A stretch of 64,000 bases of DNA from an uncultured Verrucomicrobiae bacterium (GCA_963812605.1 CAWEWF010000014.1:64001-128000); one strand, 5' to 3'. Positions 17,808 through 28,027 are shown, counted from the stretch's first letter. Numbers and translations are program-made. Notes: a model not told the origin generated them from the letters alone.

Positions 17808-18749
17808 ATGATTCCCAGTGATCTAGTCCCCGCAGCAGAGTCAGCAGAAAACAGGCGGGACGCCTGTTCAGCGAAGATGTTGGCGGCGAATCGGAGGAAT
17901 GCTCGCAGATCCACGGGGCCGCGCACGGCGGAAGGGAAGGCGGCTTCGCGGATGAATGCGGTGAAACATGGAATCCTGTCATCGGAGGTGGTGGTGCGGG
18001 GGTTGCGGATCCAGGAGCGGGAGGATGAGTTCCGGGTGTTGCGCGAACGGTGCTGGAAGAGCCTGGCGCCGGTGGGGCCGGTGGAGGAAATGTTGGTGGA
18101 CAAGATCGTGACAGCGCAATGGCGGTTGCGGCGGGCGTTGCTGGCGGAAACGGGGGAGATCGTTCTGAGCGTGGACGGCGGGCGCTGGGAGCGGTCGAGG
18201 CGGGACCCGATTCCGCTGGTGACGTTTTTGGATGAATTCCATGACGCGTCGGTGGCGATGACCAAGTCGACGCAGGGATTGGAATACCTGAGACATATCC
18301 TGAAGAAAGTCCGCGAGGGTTTGGAACTGGACGGAGAATTGACGGAGAAGACGTGCGAGTGGGTGCGGAGGCGATTCATGAACGAACCAAATGCGATGAC
18401 GCAGGCGCTGGAGGAGTATCGCGCGGAGTTCCTGGCGAATGCGGAGGGGTTGAGTGCGGAGGTGCTGAAGGATCGGCATCGGGTGGCCGTGGAGCGGTAC
18501 ATCGAGTTGAAATTGATCGGCTACGCCGAGTTGAGCGGTGAGCGGAAGGAGCGGGAAGACAAGGAGGAGACGGCGCGGCAGGCGGCGAATGTGTTGCCGT
18601 CGACGGAGGTGCTGGAGAAGATTTTGCGGTATGAGAGCGCGCTGGAGCGGCAGTTGTATCGGGCGATGAACCAGCTTGAGAGGCTGCAACGACGACGGGA
18701 AGGGGAGGATGTTCCCCCACCAGTAACGATGCAGTTATCGCGGGGATGA
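17808..18749 (+). CDS. Conserved hypothetical protein (STGP-x-T-x-EGK...NA-x-KHG family); true start possibly 17877
   Basis: AANRRNARRSTGPRTAEGKAASRMNAVKHG N-terminus; WRLRR and RYE..LERQLYRA..QLERLQ motifs. Confidence 0.7.
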   Translation: MIPSDLVPAAESAENRRDACSAKMLAANRRNARRSTGPRTAEGKAASRMNAVKHGILSSEVVVRGLRIQEREDEFRVLRERCWKSLAPVGPVEEMLVDKIVTAQWRLRRALLAETGEIVLSVDGGRWERSRRDPIPLVTFLDEFHDASVAMTKSTQGLEYLRHILKKVREGLELDGELTEKTCEWVRRRFMNEPNAMTQALEEYRAEFLANAEGLSAEVLKDRHRVAVERYIELKLIGYAELSGERKEREDKEETARQAANVLPSTEVLEKILRYESALERQLYRAMNQLERLQRRREGEDVPPPVTMQLSRG

Positions 18750-18833
18750 CGGGGCTTGAAAACATGTGTTTCTGCGAAACGAACCCATTTTGGGGGCGTA
18801 CCGATGAGGTTTGGGAGAGTTCGCCTGCTTTTG

Positions 18834-19079
18834 CTACAGGCGCTTTTTGGCGAAGGATCGGCCTGATGCGGTTTTGAGGTAACGCTCAAAGTCCAAGGCC
18901 GATTGGCGATGGGTAAACGCAATGCAAGTCTTGATACGCCAGGGACGAAACGCTCTCGTGTGAATGGACTTTCCGGAGTTGTGCTCGGCAAGTCGCGCCT
19001 TGAAGTCTTCAGTGAAGCCGGCATAGAAGCGGGTTGGGTCTTTTTCGCTGGCGAGGATGTAGACGTAGTAGAATTTCAT
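18834..19079 (-). CDS. GIY-YIG nuclease family protein
   Basis: FYYVYIL...FYAGFT.D...RL.EHNSG...T...PW...A..FERYLK.ASGR. Confidence 0.88.
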   Translation of the reverse strand: MKFYYVYILASEKDPTRFYAGFTEDFKARLAEHNSGKSIHTRAFRPWRIKTCIAFTHRQSALDFERYLKTASGRSFAKKRL

Positions 19080-19141
19080 GGCTTGCGCGGCTGCCCGCCT
19101 TCGCTTCGCTACGACGCGGCAATTTTCGCTCCGAGCGAAAA

Positions 19142-19174
19142 TTGGCGGAGGGGGCGAGATTCGAACTCGCGAGG
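19142..19174. repeat. att core: 33-bp copy of tRNA-Ser 3' end
   Basis: TTGGCGGAGGGGGCGAGATTCGAACTCGCGAGG is identical to 40441-40473. Confidence 0.95.
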
Positions 19175-19246
19175 CCAACATGACCGCACACAATGCAACT
19201 TTACTAGGAAATATGACACTATAGAACGCTATTGACAGGGGTGGAC

Positions 19247-19266
19247 GTTATGATAATCTGTTATGA
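19247..19266. promoter_or_regulatory. Tandem GTTATGA (13-bp period), candidate integrase arm-type site overlapping a putative int promoter
   Basis: GTTATGA at 19247 and 19260; TTGACA at 19232; same pair at 40361 and 40374. Confidence 0.55.
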
Positions 19267-19290
19267 CAAAACGAACAAAGATTATCCCAT

Positions 19291-20485
19291 ATGGCCAGCC
19301 TACACAAAGATCCGCAGGGGCGAAGCAAGTTTTGGTACTGCGCTTTCAGCGAATGGGACGCGGACGAACAACGTTGGCAGCGCCGGTTCCGGTCCACCAA
19401 GACTGCCAACAAAGAACAGGCCCTTCAAATCTGCCGGACATGGGAGCAAGCGGCCAAGACTGCCCAGACAGGCCGACTGACACCCGACCGCGCGCGGGAA
19501 ATCCTCGCCAACGGGCTGGAAGGAATTTTTCTCGCCAGCAATCGCGAGCCCATGAAGCGGTACACGGTCCGGGAGTGGGGGCAGCAATGGCTCGACAGCA
19601 AGTTGATCGAGAACACCCCGCGCACCCATGAGCGATATGCCGGCATCATCACCCGGTTTTATGAGCACCTCGGCGCGAAGGCTGACAGGGACATTGCCGC
19701 TGTGACGGCATCGGAGATCACCGCCTTTCGGGACAAGCTGGCAAAAGAGCTTTCGATCAATACCGCCAACCTTGCCGTGAAGACTTTGCGTGTGTGTTTC
19801 GGTGCCGCCTACAGCAATGACCTTATTACCAGCAATACCGCCGCGAAGGTAAAGAAGTTAAAACTGCCGCGCATGGGGCACCGCCGCGAGTTTAAGCCGG
19901 CGGAAATCCGCCTTCTACTGCAGGCCGCCGGTGACAGTGAATGGCGCGGCATGATTCTGACCGCACTCTATTCCGGGCAACGGCTCGGTGATGTGTCACG
20001 GTTGCGGTGGGGGGACGTGCGGCTGGACACCCGCGAGATCGTCTTTCGCGTCAGTAAAACCAACGAAGTTCTGCCGTTGCCGATGGCGCGCCCGCTGTCC
20101 GACTATCTCGAAAGCTTCCCGTCGAGCGACGACGCCAACAGTTTCCTTTTTCCGAAAGCTGCCGCTTGTACCCGCACCGGGTATGTTGAGCAATCAGTTT
20201 TACAAGGTCATGGAACAAGCCGGGCTCGTACCGCAGCGGAAGAACGTCGACACTGGTAAAGGCCACCGCGAGCGTCGCACAGTCAGTTCCTTGTCCTTCC
20301 ACAGTTTGCGTCATAGCTGTGTGACGTTTCTCAAAGCCGCCGGAGTCAGCGATGCCATCGCGCAAGCCATCGCCGGCCATGCGTCTAGTGCCGTCTCGCG
20401 GATTTACACCCACCTTGACGTGGAAACCCTACGCGGCGCTGTCGCCAAACTGCCGGACGTGACGAAGGATGACGCAAAGCGTTGA
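19291..20485 (+). CDS. Tyrosine recombinase/integrase, one frameshift near 20180
   Basis: SGQRLGD (R), VSKT (K), SFHSLRH, IAGH...IYTH; split between ORFs 19291-20259 and 19988-20485. Confidence 0.9.
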
Positions 20486-20486
20486 A

Positions 20487-22156
20487 CCCAGATTTCCCAG
20501 ATTCGCTTCACAAGTCAATGTTAGTGACATACAATGAAGCCGCATAAACAAAGGGTGTGATCGATGTTGAAGCGACAAAAAACGGAGAATCCAATGGGTG
20601 CAAGCTAACAAACAGGCTCTGCGGGTGACTTTCGATAGTCGTTTGAAGCTGGAGTTTCACGGTTCCAAGGTCACCTCCGATGCGGGCTTGCTGGCTTACC
20701 GGGAACTGGATGAGGCGCTGGGACTGACCGCCATGGTGAGTGACCTGCTGAATGATTGGCGCACGGGAAAGAACACGCAACACTCGATGGTGGCGCTGCA
20801 TGCGGCAGTCGATTTTCAGCCGTCTGGCTGGATACGAGGACACCAATGACGCCGAACGGCTCTCGGTTGATCCCACCATGCGGCATGTGGTTGGCGGGCG
20901 AGCCACGGAACGCACGGCGGCTTCCACCAGCCAGATGGGTCGCTTCGAGACCGAGGTGTTGACGCAGCCGCGGAATCTGGCGGAGTTGACGAAGCTGTCG
21001 GGAATATGGATTGAGCGGCTGCGGGAACGCCAGCCGATGCGGGAACTGATCCTGGACATGGATAGTTCGGTGAGCGAAACCTATGGGGAGCAGGAAGGCA
21101 CGGCCTACAACGGGCATTTCGGCTGCACCTGCTACCACCCGCTGTTTTGCTTCAATCAGTTTGGCGATGTGGAAGCAGTCCCTGTTGCGGGAAGGCAACG
21201 TCCATAGCGCCAAGGATTGGCTGAGCGTGCTGGAACCGGTGGTGGCACGCTATCGCGGCCAGAAGTTGCCGCTCTATTTCCGGGCGGATGCCGCCTTTGC
21301 CAACCCGGAGATTTATGAGTATCTGGAAGCCGAAGGTTACGGGTATGCCATCCGGCTGCCAGCCAATGATGTGTTGCTGCGGGAGATCGCGCCGCTGCTG
21401 ACCCGTCCAGTGGGGCGTCCCTCGAACGCGCCGGTGTCTGGTATGCGGACTTTCAGTATCAGGCGAAGAGTTGGGATCGCGCCCGTCGGGTGGTGGCCAA
21501 GGTGGAATGGCACAAGGGGCGAATTGTTCCCTCGCGTCGGGTTCATCGTGACCAATCTGAGCCGGCCAGCCAAACGGGTGGTGCGGTTCTACAACCAGCG
21601 GGGGACGGCGGAGCAGTGGATCAAGGAAGGCAAGAACGCGGTGAAATGGACGCGGCTGTCCTGCCACGACTTTGTGGACAACCAGGTGCGGCTGCAACTG
21701 TTCGTGCTGGCGTACAACCTGGGCAACTTCCTGCGTCAGGCGGTGCTGCCGCAGGTCGGTGCGTCACTGGACGTTGACGACGTTGCGGGAGAAACTGATC
21801 AAGATCGGGGCGAAGGTCGTGCGCCATTCCCGGCAGGTGATCTTCCAGATGGCGGAGGTGGCGGTTCCACGAGAGTTGTTCCGGGCTATTCTGGAAAGGA
21901 TTGGATGGCTGAGATTGCCCATGCCGCTGCCCGGCTGATGCTCGCTGGGCGGCAAATGCGGGAAAGCAAAATGGCTGACGGCGATGCTTTGTCTGCGTTC
22001 GGTCGAAAATCGGTGCAGAACGCAATTTAGAGCCGAAGGCATCGTCTCCGGAGCCTAGAAAAGGCTTGCTTGCAGTGTCAGGAGAGATAAAATGCGATCA
22101 ATGAAACTGAATGGCCCGCGCTGATCGCGGGCCGTAGGTCATATGGGAAATGTAGG
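20487..22156 (+). mobile_element. IS1380 family insertion sequence
   Basis: Terminal IRs CCCAGATTTCCCAGAT vs reverse complement CCTACATTTCCCATAT (13/16); flanks TTGAA / ATGAA; encloses transposase. Confidence 0.8.
20594..21938 (+). pseudogene. IS1380 family DDE transposase, several frameshifts
   Basis: VTSDAGLL, GYED.ND, LDMDSS..ETYG.QEG..YNGH, YHPL, FRADAAF, FYNQRG.AEQWIKEGK, LAYNL spread across frames. Confidence 0.88.
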
Positions 22157-24160
22157 ATGAATACACACGGGCTTACAGACCGGCGTATTGGCATCGCAAT
22201 TCTCTGCGCCTTGTTCTTCGCCTCCGCGCCGGCGCAGGCAACGCTGACCACGAATAGTTGGGGCAGTTTTTTCAGCGGCCCCTGGCAGGGCGGAAGTTTA
22301 TGGTCCCTTGGTGTACCTCCTTCCAGCAGCCAGAGCATCGTCACGATCACCAATAGTTTCGTGACCGGAACCTCCAAGACCATCACCATCGACGGCACCA
22401 CTGCGACGAATTTCCCGGCCACGATGACCATCAGCAATCTCGCCGTGCTGGGCTCACTGGCCCTCGGCAACGTGCCGCCGTTGGGCAACAATATTTTGGC
22501 GCTCAGCGGCACCTCGACCTCGGCGCTGACCGTGCTCAATTCCCTCGTGGTCAGCAACGGCGGCATCATCTCCATCTCGAATTCCATTCTGAATACCGGA
22601 GGGAATGAACTCATCGGGGCCCTCGGCACCATGTTCCTGTCGAGCGGAACGAATAATACCGCGGACAACTTGGTCATCGGCGACGGCGTGAATGGCGCCG
22701 CGTTGTGGATGAACGGCGGCGCGTTGAACGCGGCGGCTCTCACCATCAACAACGGAGCGCTCCTCGTCCAATCCAACGGCACGGCAAATATTTACGGCGC
22801 GGAGTGCGTCGTATTCGGCAACTGGGCTTTGGCCGGTGGAACGCAGAATGGTACCCTGATCGTTGGAAATGGTGGCACGCCCGGTACCGCCACCATGACC
22901 GGCGGGCAACTGCTTGGCGGCCTCGGTATCAACCGCGGCACGATGGTGGTGTCCAATGGTCAGGTGAACCTTGCTCAATCCGACGTGGGTTCCCCCGCGA
23001 ATTCTGATGGCACGTTGACCATTGCGGGCGGGACAATTTCTTTGGAAACACTTCAGATTGGCGGCGGGACGGGAACACTTTGGATGACCGGCGGCAGTCT
23101 TCAGATTACCAACAACTATCTGTACGACGGAACCGGCAACGGAGGTGCCTCCGGAACATTGATTCAATCCAACGGAACCATGGCGCTGTTTGGAGAACTT
23201 GTAGGCTCCCCATTCATCGGCGGTCCTCCATCTGGCACCCTGACCGTCGCCGGCGGCGTCCATACGATCGGCGCCGGTGGATTGGCCGTGGGGTCTGCGG
23301 GAACCGGAACCTTCTGGTTGACGGGCGGACAAGTGATCGTCACCAATGGCTACACGTATCTCGGCTACGAGGGCTTTGCCACAATGACCGTCTCGAGCGG
23401 CACCTGGATGGCTCGCGATGTTTATGTGGGTACCGATGATAGTGAAGGAACGCTGACCTTTCTGGGCGGCATCACGACAATCTCCTCCAATCTCACCTTG
23501 GGCGATTGCGGCGAGGGGTCTTTGGGCCACTTGTTTCTAAAAGATGGCTATCTGTTTATCACCAACGCCGCCCACAACGCCACGCTCAACGTCCGTAACG
23601 ACGTGGTCTTGATCACGGGTGGTCACTTGATCGTGGACCGGGTCGTCATGACCAACGACTGCGGCCTGTTCATCCACGCCGGCGGCACTGTGAGCGTCGG
23701 CAGCGAGCTTCTCGATCCAAATCTGGACGCCGATAACGATGGCCTGCCAAACGGCTGGGAAATCGCCCACGGTCTCGACCCGCTCGACTCCAGTGGCGTC
23801 AATGGCGCCGACGGCGATCCCGATGGCGACGGCTACAGCAACATGCAGGAATACCTCGCCGGCTCCGATCCGCAAAATCCTTTGTCCACCCCACTCAATC
23901 CCGGCGGCACTTTCGCCTTCACCTCAATCGTGCACACCGGAAACAATATCGTCCTAACATGGAATACCGTCGGCGGAACAACCAACCAGGTACAAGTTTC
24001 CCCCGGTAGTGTCGGGGGAAGCTACTCGACCAACGCCTTCACCAATCTCGGCGCGCAAATGCTCATCACCGGCAGCGGCGCCGTCATCACCAATTTCACC
24101 GACACCAACGGCGCCACCAACAAACCCGCCCGTTACTATCGGATCCGCCTCGTACCATAA
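22157..24160 (+). CDS. Secreted Gly/Thr-rich beta-repeat protein with Ca-binding (TSP3-like) repeats and C-terminal 'YYR' domain
   Basis: Signal peptide; repeated GTL.I.GG units; DADNDGLPNGWE, DPDGDG.SN..EY.AG.DP; ends TNKPARYYRIRLVP. Confidence 0.8.
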   Translation: MNTHGLTDRRIGIAILCALFFASAPAQATLTTNSWGSFFSGPWQGGSLWSLGVPPSSSQSIVTITNSFVTGTSKTITIDGTTATNFPATMTISNLAVLGSLALGNVPPLGNNILALSGTSTSALTVLNSLVVSNGGIISISNSILNTGGNELIGALGTMFLSSGTNNTADNLVIGDGVNGAALWMNGGALNAAALTINNGALLVQSNGTANIYGAECVVFGNWALAGGTQNGTLIVGNGGTPGTATMTGGQLLGGLGINRGTMVVSNGQVNLAQSDVGSPANSDGTLTIAGGTISLETLQIGGGTGTLWMTGGSLQITNNYLYDGTGNGGASGTLIQSNGTMALFGELVGSPFIGGPPSGTLTVAGGVHTIGAGGLAVGSAGTGTFWLTGGQVIVTNGYTYLGYEGFATMTVSSGTWMARDVYVGTDDSEGTLTFLGGITTISSNLTLGDCGEGSLGHLFLKDGYLFITNAAHNATLNVRNDVVLITGGHLIVDRVVMTNDCGLFIHAGGTVSVGSELLDPNLDADNDGLPNGWEIAHGLDPLDSSGVNGADGDPDGDGYSNMQEYLAGSDPQNPLSTPLNPGGTFAFTSIVHTGNNIVLTWNTVGGTTNQVQVSPGSVGGSYSTNAFTNLGAQMLITGSGAVITNFTDTNGATNKPARYYRIRLVP

Positions 24161-24282
24161 CCCCTTCTGCCTCTCACATTCGCACGGGCCTCCGAAGAAT
24201 CGAAAGCCCAACAGCCTGCCACCCAACTGACAAGGCTCGGTTGAAACCAAAGAAAGCCAGACGTAGTCGCAAACACGAGGCC

Positions 24283-24525
24283 ATGGCGCACGGTGGCAAA
24301 CAACAATTGCAGGTGCCTTCGGAAATCGTGTTTGAAGTGTACAGGCCGAGGGAAGGCGGTTATGTGGCACGGGCAGTCGGGTATTCGATTTTCACTGAGG
24401 GCGACACACGCCCGCAGGTTGCACAGAACGTCAGGGCCGCAGTTTTTTGTTATTTCGGCGGGAAAGAGTTGTCACCAACACGAATCCGATTGCGTTTCAT
24501 TTACCCAGCGGATGTTGACGTATGA
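24283..24525 (+). CDS. HicB-like antitoxin
   Basis: EIVFEV...EGGYVARAVGYSIFTEGDT...NVR.AV.CYF...IRLRF matches the short HicB-like family; start uncertain. Confidence 0.7.
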   Translation: MAHGGKQQLQVPSEIVFEVYRPREGGYVARAVGYSIFTEGDTRPQVAQNVRAAVFCYFGGKELSPTRIRLRFIYPADVDV

Positions 24526-25520
24526 GCATATCCGCCAATGCTTCGGGAGTCGAGTTGGTCGAGCAGCTTCGCGCAGTCGGCTACGAGCGGATTGCCCGGA
24601 GCGACGGGCACTTCGTTCTGGACACAGACCGCAACGGCGCTCATCGGATTGTCCTACCTGATTGTGATCGACTATGCGAGCACACGGTGCGCTCAATTAT
24701 GCAAGACGCAGGCTCTCATGTGGGACGTGAGTCTTCTGATACATGGGAGGGTGCGAAACCGCCCCCAGGCGGCGGAAGCGTCGTGATCTACCGTGAAGGC
24801 GTCGGACAGGTCCGGCTGTGGTATGACGAGACCGGCAAATTGGAGAAAGAGGAGCCGGTCGAGCAACCCGTATCCCCAAGCCAAACCCAACGGGTGTGCC
24901 GTCCGCGTGACAAGAAACTACAAGAGTGGCTTGGAATGATGGGCTATGCGTCCCTTTACGAATGGCCAATGCCAGAGTGGGCCTGGAACGCCTACGCAGA
25001 AATGCAGCGGATGTATCTTCCGGAACTGTGGAAGCGGTTTACGACGTGGGACGCATTCTTGAACGATCCCCTCCAGCAGGGACTACGGACTGGCTATCAA
25101 TTGGCGCTGTGCGTGACCACCATGGACAACGCGACGCTGCTGGACAGACGCGATCCGGAAGCTGCGATAGCGGCTAGAAAAGAGCGGCCAATCTACATTG
25201 AAAATGTCGAGCGAGTCTGCGAAGAATGGTCTCTTCCGCGCCAGCAGAAGTTCTTTAAGGGATTTACAATGGCACTCACCGAGGACGCCGTCTACTTTGA
25301 AACGGGCAAACCCACAGTTGACGCTGGCAGATTCGCAGTGCTGGGGTTCCTTCTCGACCATCGCGCTGAAGTGAAAGAAAAGTATATGAAGAAGCGCCAG
25401 ACTATCGGTGACCTCTACACTTGGGTGAGCGGTGATCTTGAATCCCGTTGTATGGAACTGAAAACGTTCCAGAATCTTTGCAGTAGAATTGGCCTTCGTC
25501 TGCGATCCCGCAAGCGATAA
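24522..25520 (+). CDS. HicA-like N-terminal domain fused to ~250-aa unknown region
   Basis: SG.ELV..LR..GY...R.DGH..L.T...G.H.I.LP...L...TV.SI resembles HicA; ATGA overlap with HicB-like gene. Confidence 0.55.
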   Translation: MSISANASGVELVEQLRAVGYERIARSDGHFVLDTDRNGAHRIVLPDCDRLCEHTVRSIMQDAGSHVGRESSDTWEGAKPPPGGGSVVIYREGVGQVRLWYDETGKLEKEEPVEQPVSPSQTQRVCRPRDKKLQEWLGMMGYASLYEWPMPEWAWNAYAEMQRMYLPELWKRFTTWDAFLNDPLQQGLRTGYQLALCVTTMDNATLLDRRDPEAAIAARKERPIYIENVERVCEEWSLPRQQKFFKGFTMALTEDAVYFETGKPTVDAGRFAVLGFLLDHRAEVKEKYMKKRQTIGDLYTWVSGDLESRCMELKTFQNLCSRIGLRLRSRKR

Positions 25521-25637
25521 ACACCGCCCACATTGACGCGGCAGTCCGAAGTAGGAGTTTAGCCACCGCACTTTCCCGGCCCCACCCTCTTTCTGCCCGG
25601 GAAAACGACCGCTTGCATAGGAGTACGGTCGCGTCCA

Positions 25638-25922
25638 ATGAAAGCCGATACTGTCACACCGCACACCGCCAGTGCGAATAAAACGGCGGCCCCGATTGCG
25701 CCCGGTGCGAGTGGCGCGCAGCCTGAATTTTGTAGGCCCGCGGATATGCCCCGGCTGTTCGGAATCGGGCGCACATACGCCTACCAACTCATCAACGAAG
25801 GGAAAATCAAATCTATCTCACTTCGGAAACGGGGTGCACGCACTGGTGTGCGTCTGATTTCTTGCGACTCCGTGCGGGAGTTCTTGGCGAGCGAAATGGA
25901 GAAGGGCGAGGAGAAGGTATGA
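25638..25922 (+). CDS. AlpA/excisionase-like HTH protein
   Basis: R.AD..RLFGIGRTYAYQLINEGKIKS...RLI...SV; paralog of 39972-40253. Confidence 0.75.
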   Translation: MKADTVTPHTASANKTAAPIAPGASGAQPEFCRPADMPRLFGIGRTYAYQLINEGKIKSISLRKRGARTGVRLISCDSVREFLASEMEKGEEKV

Positions 25923-26183
25923 AGCAGCAAGGGAAACCGGTTCGGCATTTGGACGACTTGTCGTTGGAGGAGTTGCAGGGCTACGCCGCACGAATGTCCG
26001 AATTGGAACCCTCTCAGCAGGGAGCGTTACGTGGAGAAGGTGGCTAAACACAGAGGGTTCTCTATCATATTCCGCGCGTTACAACGGATCGACGAGTGTT
26101 ACGACCCCGACGAGATTCGGTTTCCCTGGGCTCTTTTCGGAAAGGTGATCAGGGATGTGGCGAACGGGCGTGACGGGAGTTGA
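25919..26183 (+). CDS. Small hypothetical protein, probably frameshifted near 26000
   Basis: ATG overlaps AlpA stop; another frame stays open 26001-26183 (NWNPLSRERY...FGKVIRDV). Confidence 0.3.
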
Positions 26184-26401
26184 GGGACAAATTTTCACCG
26201 GCCAAGTTCCACGAGGCAACATTTCACGGGCCTATTTCCATCTAGCGATTCGGTACCCGTCCGCGTTTCTGGCTCGACACCCTATAGCCGCCCCCCGCTG
26301 GAATCAAGTTCATCAAGAAGGCAGGCCGGTGATGGGCTGTCAAGGCCGCGCTCACATATTCCTTGAATATTGGACGGCATTCGTCCATATTTCACGGTGC
26401 C

Positions 26402-27553
26402 ATGAAGATTAGCCGACTGGAGTTGAAGCACCGGGTGGAGCAGGGATTAAAAACCTTCCCTGTCACGGCGCTCTTGGGGCCGCGGCAGAGCGGCAAGACC
26501 ACGCTTGCCCGCGAGATCGCTGGAAAGAAAGGCCGATACTTCGATCTCGAAAATCCCCGTGACCAAGCGCGACTGACACAGGCGCAATCCGTCCTTGAGG
26601 AGTTGCGCGGCTTGGTCGTACTGGACGAAATACAACGCCGACCCGATTTGATGCCGTTGCTGCGGGTGCTGGCGGATCGCCGTCCATTGCCCGCTCGGTT
26701 TCTGCTGCTCGGCAGTGCTTCGCCCGATTTAATGAAACATTCATCGGAGTCGCTAGCGGGCCGGATTCACTTCGTGGATATGAGCGGGTTCAGTCTACTG
26801 GAAGTCGGCGCAATCCAGCAACGCAAGCTGTGGGTGCGCGGCGGCTTCCCGGACTCGTTCCTGGCCCGAAACGATGCCGATAGTCTGGCATGGCGCGATG
26901 ATTTTATCCGCACGTTTCTGGAGCGCGACCTGCCGCTGCTCGGAGTTCACATTCCGCCGGAGACGTTACGGCGGTTTTGGACGATGCTGGCGCATTATCA
27001 CGGGCAAATCTGGAATGCTTCGGAGTTGGGCAACTCCCTCGGTGTGGCGCACCATGCCACGCGCCGCTACCTGGACGCCTTGGTGGGAGCCTATGTGGTG
27101 CGGCAATTGCAACCGTGGTTTGAGAACGTCGGCAAGCGCGTGGTCAAATCGCCGAAGGTCTATATCCGTGACAGCGGGCTGCTTCACGCCCTGCTCGGCA
27201 TTCCGGATTGGACAAGTTTGCAAGCGCACCCGAAGCTCGGCGCATCGTGGGAAGGCTTCGCGTTGGAGCAGGTCTTGGCGTGGGCAGGCGAACGCAATGC
27301 CTATTTCTGGGCCACGCACGGTGGCGCGGAGTTGGATTTGATGGTGACGCTCGGTGGCAAGCGGTGGGGCTTCGAGTTCAAGTGCTCCGACACGCCGGCG
27401 CTGACCAAGTCCATGATGATTGCCTTGGAAGACCTGAAATTGAAGAAGTTGTGGGTCGTTTACCCCGGCAAGGAGTCCTATCCGCTGCATGACCGTGTTG
27501 AGTGCATTGGCCTAGGTGACTTGGAGAAAGCCCGGCGAGCGAGCGGGGGCTAA
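26402..27553 (+). CDS. AAA_14 ATPase with DUF4143 domain
   Basis: GPRQSGKTT, LDEIQ, LGSAS, ESLAGR, RGGFP, KSPKVY..DSGL, ELD...FEFK. Confidence 0.9.
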   Translation: MKISRLELKHRVEQGLKTFPVTALLGPRQSGKTTLAREIAGKKGRYFDLENPRDQARLTQAQSVLEELRGLVVLDEIQRRPDLMPLLRVLADRRPLPARFLLLGSASPDLMKHSSESLAGRIHFVDMSGFSLLEVGAIQQRKLWVRGGFPDSFLARNDADSLAWRDDFIRTFLERDLPLLGVHIPPETLRRFWTMLAHYHGQIWNASELGNSLGVAHHATRRYLDALVGAYVVRQLQPWFENVGKRVVKSPKVYIRDSGLLHALLGIPDWTSLQAHPKLGASWEGFALEQVLAWAGERNAYFWATHGGAELDLMVTLGGKRWGFEFKCSDTPALTKSMMIALEDLKLKKLWVVYPGKESYPLHDRVECIGLGDLEKARRASGG

Positions 27554-28027
27554 GATGCAGGCGGGAAAGCCATTTGAAGGCTTCTGATTAGACTGGGACG
27601 TATAGTTAAAGCCATACTTGAACTGGATCGCCTAAATCAAGCTACAGCCAAGACAATATATGTCCGGACAATTCGGGCAGGAAGGCGGGCGGTTTATCCA
27701 AACGCTGCCGCAGCCGAGACCAACGCCCGCCGCACAAGTCGCCGCACAGTTCGAGGATCAGGAAAACCGCCAGTAGGACAGGCTATTGCGTGACATTAGC
27801 GGCACTTTCACATACCCAAACCCACCGCTGCCTGATCTCAAGGTGCTTGGCATCATTGTTGTCTATCCGTCGCGATGTCGATATGAAGTCCTATTACAAG
27901 CTGCTAGTGACAAAGTTCGCCATTGTTGGCGGGCTAGGTGAATTGCACTATCATCGTGTGATTATTCTTGCTGATACCGGGACATAGCGTTCACCTGGTC
28001 TTGGCTCACGTGCGGCACGCGTTGCCG

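Noticed and set aside
19142-19174. A second tRNA-Ser gene
   Set aside because: Only the 3' 33 bp are present; it is an att site
27554-28027. Short ORFs or ncRNA in island intergenic gaps, also 39390-39960
   Set aside because: No recognisable motif, RBS or structure that I can support
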